DNA of 64,000 nucleotides from Leptonemataceae bacterium (GTDB lineage Bacteria; Spirochaetota; Leptospiria; Leptospirales; Leptonemataceae): NCBI GenBank assembly GCA_965227295.1, contig OZ245742.1, positions 416,001 to 480,000 of the forward strand, read 5' to 3'. Shown piece by piece: positions 58,632 to 64,000 of this stretch (position 1 is its first letter; each line of letters starts with the position of its first letter). The notes under the pieces were generated by a model. It saw only the letters and a program-made list of their open reading frames with translations, ran no database searches and was not told where the DNA came from. The position numbers and the translations under genes were made by a program.

Positions 58632-58766
58632 CCCCTCCCGGAGGGGGTAGCGGAGAAACGAAAGCGCCACGGCAGGGCTCCCCGGAGGGTAGCCCGGTCG
58701 CCGAAGGCGAGCCGTGGCGCGGTCGCGTAGCGATTCGTTTCGCAGCGAGGGGGAGACCTCCCCCTC
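58632..58766. other. Highly structured multibranch intergenic element
   Basis: Nested stems GAAACGAA/TTCGTTTC and GCGCCACGGC/GCCGTGGCGC with three internal hairpins and two flanking C/G hairpins. Confidence 0.65.
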
Positions 58767-59126
58767 CTAAACATTCTTCCAGATAAACCTAAGCAATATT
58801 CATGCGTGCCATGACGCCGCCGGAGAAGTCGCGTGCCACGGAAGCGCTCCGATTCCACGGAATCATCCTGCAAACTCAAACCCTCCCCCGGCCACATAGC
58901 GAATCCTGACTCATCCCAAACAGCGACTCCGTGAATCCTAAGCCTCGCACCGCGCGGCCCACATTCATCCACACGATATGCTCAGCCTCGGTCCCGGACA
59001 CCGCTGTCTCCGAACTTTTCCACGGCGCGGTCCGATCCACCCGAAATCTCCTTGCCAATCGTCCGCACACCCGGGACAAATCCATTCCCCACACCGGCGC
59101 ATGCCGGCAAACGAGGTATCATCCAC

Positions 59127-62100
59127 ATGGTCCAACTCCCCGGCTACCAGACCGGCGCGACGATCTACGAAAGCGAGCGCTCGCTCATCGTACGTGCCGT
59201 GCGGGAAAGTGACGAACAGTCCGTCATCATCAAGGTCCTGAACCGCGAGCTACCGTCGCCGCGCCAGCTCGCACGTTTCCAGCGCGAGTACGAGCTGCTC
59301 CAGACCCTGGGCTCCGGCGAACAGGCCGGCATCGTGCAGGCCTTCGCCCTCGAAAAACACGGCAACAGCCTGGCCATGGTCCTCGAAGACATCCACGGCG
59401 AGTCGCTCGGCAAGATTCTCGGGCGACGCAAGCTGGACCTGCCCGTCTTTCTGCGCCTGGCGATTCGCCTCACCGACGCCCTCGGCGCCGTGCATCGCCA
59501 TAAGATCATCCACAAAGACATTAATCCCGCGAACATCGTCTGGAACTCACAGACCGATGAACTGCGCATCATCGACTTCGGCATCTCGTCGATCCTCAGC
59601 CGCGAGTCCGCGCACATCAGCGAGAGTACCGAGGGCGCGCAGTTGGAAGGCACGTATCATTACATGTCGCCGGAACAAACCGGCCGCATGAATCGCCAGA
59701 TCGATTACCGCACGGACTTCTACAGCCTGGGCGCGACGTTGTATCACATGCTCACCGGCGTACCGCCCTTCGAGTCCGCGGATCGCATGGAACTCGTGCA
59801 CTTTCACATTGCACGCAACCCGCAGCCGCCTCACGAACACAACGCCGACGCGCCGGAGATTCTTTCGCGCATCATCGCGAAACTCATGGCGAAGACCGCC
59901 GAAGATCGCTACCAGTCCGCGTACGGCATTCGCACGGACCTCGAACGCGTGCTCGCCGCCTTTAACGAAGCCGGCGGCACCGGCGTACCGGACGTGGAGT
60001 TCCAGCTCGCCGAACACGACGTCTCCGATCGCTTTCACATCCCCGAAATTCTCTACGGTCGCGAACACGAAGCGAAGCAGTTGCTCGACGCCTTCGAACG
60101 CGTCGCCGCCGGCTCCACCGAACTCATGCTCGTCGCCGGCCTGTCGGGCATCGGTAAGTCGTCGTTGGTCCAGGAGGTTCAGCGGCCCATCACCGAAAAG
60201 CGCGGTTACTTCATCGCCGGCAAGTTCGATCAACTGAACCGCAACGTTCCCTACGCACCGCTAATTCACGCTTTTCAGGACTTAGTGCGGCAGATTTTAG
60301 CCGAGAGCGAAGAACGCGTGCAGCGCTGGCGCGATCGTTTGCACCAGGCCCTGGGCAAGAACGGCCAGGTGATCGTCGACGTCATCCCGGACGTGGAGTT
60401 GATCATCGGCAAACAGGAGGCCCTGCCGGACCTGGCCCCCGCCGAAGCGCAGAACCGCTTCAACCTGGTGTTCCAGGATTTCATCAGCACGTTCGCCGAC
60501 GAATCGCATCCGCTGGTCATTTTCTTCGACGATTTGCAGTGGGCCGACCTGCCGTCGTTGCAGTTGATCCATCTCTTCGCCGTTTCGGAGACGCAGTACA
60601 TTTTCATCATCGGCGCGTACCGGGACAATGAGGTGGATCAGGCGCACCCGCTTTCGTTGACCCTCGGCGAACTCCGCAAGGCCGGCGTGCACATCGAGTC
60701 CATCTTCCTGGAACCGTTAAAGACCGAACACGTGCAACGCCTCACCGAGGATACGCTCTTCCTGGATCATGCCACGGCCCGGCCCCTGGCCGACCTCTGC
60801 TACGAGAAAACCGGCGGCAACCCGTTCTTCCTGAATCAGTTTCTCTTAAGATTAAACGAAGAGGAGTTTATCTACTTCGACAACGAACGCGCGGTCTGGG
60901 CCTGGGAACTCGAGAAGATCAAGGCCATGGAGGCCACGGACAACGTCATCGATCTCATGACCGGCAAGATCAAGAAGCTCTCGCCGGAAACCCAGAGCGC
61001 GCTCAAGCTCGCCGCGTGCATCGGCGCGCAGTTCGATCTGCGTACTCTTTCCGTCGTCACCGAGAAGGACATGGACGCCACCGCCGGCGATCTCCTCGAA
61101 GCGTTGGTGGAAGGTTTGATTATGCCCGCGGGCACCGTGGGCGGATTCACCGAGGATCCGGAGGACGACTCCATTCTCTACGACTTCCTGCACGACCGCG
61201 TTCAGCAGGCGGCCTACTCGCTCATCGACGAGGCCGAGAAAAAGGCCGTTCATCTTAAGATCGGCCGGTTGCTGATGCAAAGCTACAGCGGCGAACACCT
61301 GCACGATCGCATCTTCAACGTTACCAACCACGTCAACCTGGGTCGCTCGCTCATCCGGACCGGTGCCGGCGAAGAAGCGCAGCAGGAACTCTTAAAGATC
61401 GCCGAGTTGAACTTAATCGCCGGAAAGAAGGCCAAGGCCTCCGCCGCCTACCAGCCCGCCTTCGAGTATTTGCGCACCGGCGTCGAAATTCTAAAAGCGG
61501 CGGCGGACACCGAGGTCCGCGCCTGGAAACAACACTACGATCTTGCACTGAACCTGATCTCGGAAGCCGCCGAGGCCGCCTACCTGTCCGCGGACTTCGC
61601 CTCGATGGAACGCCTCGCCGCGGAAGTGGTACGCAACGCGAAGTTCCTCGACCAGGGCCGCACCCATCGCATTCGCATCTCCGCGCTGGTGGCGCAAAAC
61701 CAACCCATGGACGCCGTGAAAGCGGCCTTCGCCGTGCTGCGCAAACACGGCATTCGTTTTCCCACGCGCCCGCGCACGCCGGACATCCTCGCCGGCCTCC
61801 TGCGCACCAAGATGGCCCTGGCCGGCAAAAAACCCGCAGACCTCGGACGCCTGCCCGAAATGTCCGACCCGGCGAAGTTAGAGGTCATGCGCATCTTCGG
61901 CAGCGCGACGCTGGCCGCTTACATCGCGTCCCCGGAAGCCGTGGCCCTCATCGCCTTCAAGCAGGTGCAGATTTCCGTGAAGTTCGGCAACACCGCGCGC
62001 TCGGCCTTCGGTTACGGCACGTACGGTTTCATCTTATGCGGCGCGGTCGGCGAAATTGAAAACGGCTACAAATTCGCGACCCTGGCCATGGACCTGGTCC

Positions 62101-64000
62101 GTCGCTTCGACGCACGCGAGCTCCGCCCGCAGATGATCCTCATCTTCAACAGCCTGGTGCGCCACTGGAAGGATCCCTACCGGGACAGCCTGGCCCCGTC
62201 CCTCGAGGGTTATCAGCTCGGCCTGGAAGTCGGCGACCTGGAGTACGCCTGTTTCAACGCGGTGATGTATTGCTACATCTCCTGGCTGGCCGGCCGCAAC
62301 CTGCAGGACGTCGAAGACGAGATGCGCAAGTACGGCCACGTCGTAGAACGCCACAAACAACAGACCCCGCTGCACTGGCACAACATCGTCTACCAGACCG
62401 TGTTGAACATGCGCGGCGAAGGCCGTACCGAAGTCGAGGAACTGCCGCTGTCGACGCTCGTGGGCGAACGCTACGATGAACGCGAGACGTTGCAGATCCA
62501 CCTGGACGCGAAAGATCATACCACGCTGTTCACGTTCTATTTCAACAAAGTGGTGCTCGCTTACATGGGCGGCGAGTACGAAGCAGGCCGGAAGTTCGCC
62601 GTCGAAGCGCACCGCCACATCGACGGCGCCGTGTCCACGCCGATGATCGCTGTCTTTCACTTTTACGAATCGTTGAACCTGCTGGCCCTGGTCGACGAGC
62701 AACGCCTGCGCGGCCGCAAACGCCGCAAACTACTGCGCCGCGTAAGTAAAAATCAAAACAAGTTAAAGAAATGGGCGGGCACGGCGCCGGCGAACAACTT
62801 CCACAAGTGGCTGATCGTCGAGGGCGAGCGACTCCGCCTGGACGGCGACATCGAGGGCGCGGCGGGCATGTTCGATCGCGCGAGCGAAGAAGCCCGCACG
62901 CACGAATTCGTCCAGGAACAGGCCCTGGCCAACGAACGCGCGGCCCTGCTCTGGTGGAAAAAAGGCAAAGAAGATTTTGCCGGCCTCTACATGATGAAGG
63001 CCCTGCACGGCTACCATCTCTGGGGCGCCAAACGTAAGACCGAGTTGCTGCGCAAAAAATACCCCGCGCTCATCAGTCGTGTGCAGTCTATGGCCTCGTC
63101 CCTGGCCGACACCAGCGATAGCCTCAGTGCCGCGGCTCCCGACGGCAGTGCGGTAACGATCATGTCGTCCTCCACGACGTCGACGACGGGCACGGCCACC
63201 AGTTCGGCCCGCGGCAGCGCCCTCGATCTCAGTTCCATGATGAAGGCGTCCGAGGCCATCTCCGGCGAGATCGTGCTCGAAGATCTGCTGCGCAAGATGA
63301 TGCGCATCGTCATCGAAAACGCCGGCGCGGAGAAAGGGTTTCTTCTCATGGAAGTGGACGGCCGCTGGGTGATCGAGGCCGAGGGCAGCATCGCGGCCAT
63401 CGAAGAAGAAAAACAGAACGGCGGCGAAAGCGCCGTAAAGATTTTGCAAAACGTTTCCATCGAAGACGGGCAGACCGTGGCACGTTCCGTCGTGAACTAC
63501 GTGGCACGCACGCGGGAGTTCGTGGTCCTCGAAGACGCCGCACGCAAGGGTCAGTTCACCGGCGACGCCTACGTAAAATCAAAACAACCGCGCTCCGTGT
63601 TGTGCATGCCGCTGATCCACCAGGGCCAACTGAGCGGCATCTTTTATTTAGAAAACAATCTCGCGAGCAACAGCTTCACGCCGGACCGCCTGGAAGTCCT
63701 GCGCATGCTTTCGACGCAGATCGCCAACTCGCTCCAGAACTCGCAGTTGTACCGCGACCTCCAGGCCGCCCTCGAAAAACAGACGTCGCTCACGAACGCC
63801 TACTCGCGCTTCGTTCCCCGCGACCTCTTAAAGTTTCTCGGCAAAGAATCGATCATCGACGTGGACCTGGGCGACCAGGTGCAACGCGAGATGACGGTCC
63901 TCTTCGCGGACATCCGCGGTTTCACGACGCTTTCGGAATCCATGACGCCCGACGACAATTTCAAGTTCATCAACTCGTATTTGTCCCGCATGGAACCGAT
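59127..64000 (+). CDS. Ser/Thr kinase - AAA ATPase - TPR-like - GAF - class III cyclase multidomain protein (3' truncated by the window)
   Basis: RBS GAGGT, ATG 59127; IIHKDINPAN, IIDFG, YMSPEQTGR; GLSGIGKS Walker A, FDDLQWAD; YLENN GAF; MTVLFADIRGFT at 63891 in the same frame; absent from the ORF track because there is no stop. Confidence 0.92.
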   Translation, partial: MVQLPGYQTGATIYESERSLIVRAVRESDEQSVIIKVLNRELPSPRQLARFQREYELLQTLGSGEQAGIVQAFALEKHGNSLAMVLEDIHGESLGKILGRRKLDLPVFLRLAIRLTDALGAVHRHKIIHKDINPANIVWNSQTDELRIIDFGISSILSRESAHISESTEGAQLEGTYHYMSPEQTGRMNRQIDYRTDFYSLGATLYHMLTGVPPFESADRMELVHFHIARNPQPPHEHNADAPEILSRIIAKLMAKTAEDRYQSAYGIRTDLERVLAAFNEAGGTGVPDVEFQLAEHDVSDRFHIPEILYGREHEAKQLLDAFERVAAGSTELMLVAGLSGIGKSSLVQEVQRPITEKRGYFIAGKFDQLNRNVPYAPLIHAFQDLVRQILAESEERVQRWRDRLHQALGKNGQVIVDVIPDVELIIGKQEALPDLAPAEAQNRFNLVFQDFISTFADESHPLVIFFDDLQWADLPSLQLIHLFAVSETQYIFIIGAYRDNEVDQAHPLSLTLGELRKAGVHIESIFLEPLKTEHVQRLTEDTLFLDHATARPLADLCYEKTGGNPFFLNQFLLRLNEEEFIYFDNERAVWAWELEKIKAMEATDNVIDLMTGKIKKLSPETQSALKLAACIGAQFDLRTLSVVTEKDMDATAGDLLEALVEGLIMPAGTVGGFTEDPEDDSILYDFLHDRVQQAAYSLIDEAEKKAVHLKIGRLLMQSYSGEHLHDRIFNVTNHVNLGRSLIRTGAGEEAQQELLKIAELNLIAGKKAKASAAYQPAFEYLRTGVEILKAAADTEVRAWKQHYDLALNLISEAAEAAYLSADFASMERLAAEVVRNAKFLDQGRTHRIRISALVAQNQPMDAVKAAFAVLRKHGIRFPTRPRTPDILAGLLRTKMALAGKKPADLGRLPEMSDPAKLEVMRIFGSATLAAYIASPEAVALIAFKQVQISVKFGNTARSAFGYGTYGFILCGAVGEIENGYKFATLAMDLVRRFDARELRPQMILIFNSLVRHWKDPYRDSLAPSLEGYQLGLEVGDLEYACFNAVMYCYISWLAGRNLQDVEDEMRKYGHVVERHKQQTPLHWHNIVYQTVLNMRGEGRTEVEELPLSTLVGERYDERETLQIHLDAKDHTTLFTFYFNKVVLAYMGGEYEAGRKFAVEAHRHIDGAVSTPMIAVFHFYESLNLLALVDEQRLRGRKRRKLLRRVSKNQNKLKKWAGTAPANNFHKWLIVEGERLRLDGDIEGAAGMFDRASEEARTHEFVQEQALANERAALLWWKKGKEDFAGLYMMKALHGYHLWGAKRKTELLRKKYPALISRVQSMASSLADTSDSLSAAAPDGSAVTIMSSSTTSTTGTATSSARGSALDLSSMMKASEAISGEIVLEDLLRKMMRIVIENAGAEKGFLLMEVDGRWVIEAEGSIAAIEEEKQNGGESAVKILQNVSIEDGQTVARSVVNYVARTREFVVLEDAARKGQFTGDAYVKSKQPRSVLCMPLIHQGQLSGIFYLENNLASNSFTPDRLEVLRMLSTQIANSLQNSQLYRDLQAALEKQTSLTNAYSRFVPRDLLKFLGKESIIDVDLGDQVQREMTVLFADIRGFTTLSESMTPDDNFKFINSYLSRMEP

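Noticed and set aside
59165-63991. Many small ORFs in the track suggesting a fragmented region
   Set aside because: One continuous plus-strand frame from 59127 explains the region; the track omits it only because there is no stop codon

Overview
A roughly 60-65% GC bacterial chromosomal window. Gene content and the many spirochaete-style lipoboxes suggest a Leptospiraceae/Leptospirales organism (inference). The background is lipid and sugar metabolism (GH31 glycosidase, desaturase, cholesterol oxidase, FMO, esterase, MlaC), one-component regulators (MerR, Crp, TetR, MarR, XRE) and cAMP/kinase signalling, including a kinase-AAA-GAF-cyclase gene cut off by the window end and missing from the ORF track. 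Four accessory loci stand out. (1) A two-gene operon at 44070-56261 pairs a lipoprotein carrying the pore core of anthrax protective antigen / binary-toxin B components (but no PA14 domain) with a lipoprotein TcB-TcC-like SpvB/FG-GAP/RHS toxin container. There is no TcA and no immunity gene, so this is a candidate hybrid toxin-delivery system and the best find in the window. (2) An AsmA-like / YnbE-YdbL-like / giant TolB-propeller-TPR-pseudo-CHAT operon at 6976-20073. (3) An orphan DUF6519 (eCIS-type) modular tail-fibre gene at 22607-27877. (4) A low-GC Panacea/PemK-like toxin-antitoxin cassette at 20600-21661. The window also has a MarR operator triplet, a sigma54 promoter before hsp20, an XRE pseudogene paralog and several structured intergenic repeats. 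No rRNA, tRNA, CRISPR array, transposase or integrase was seen. All domain calls come from motif recognition by eye, not from database searches.
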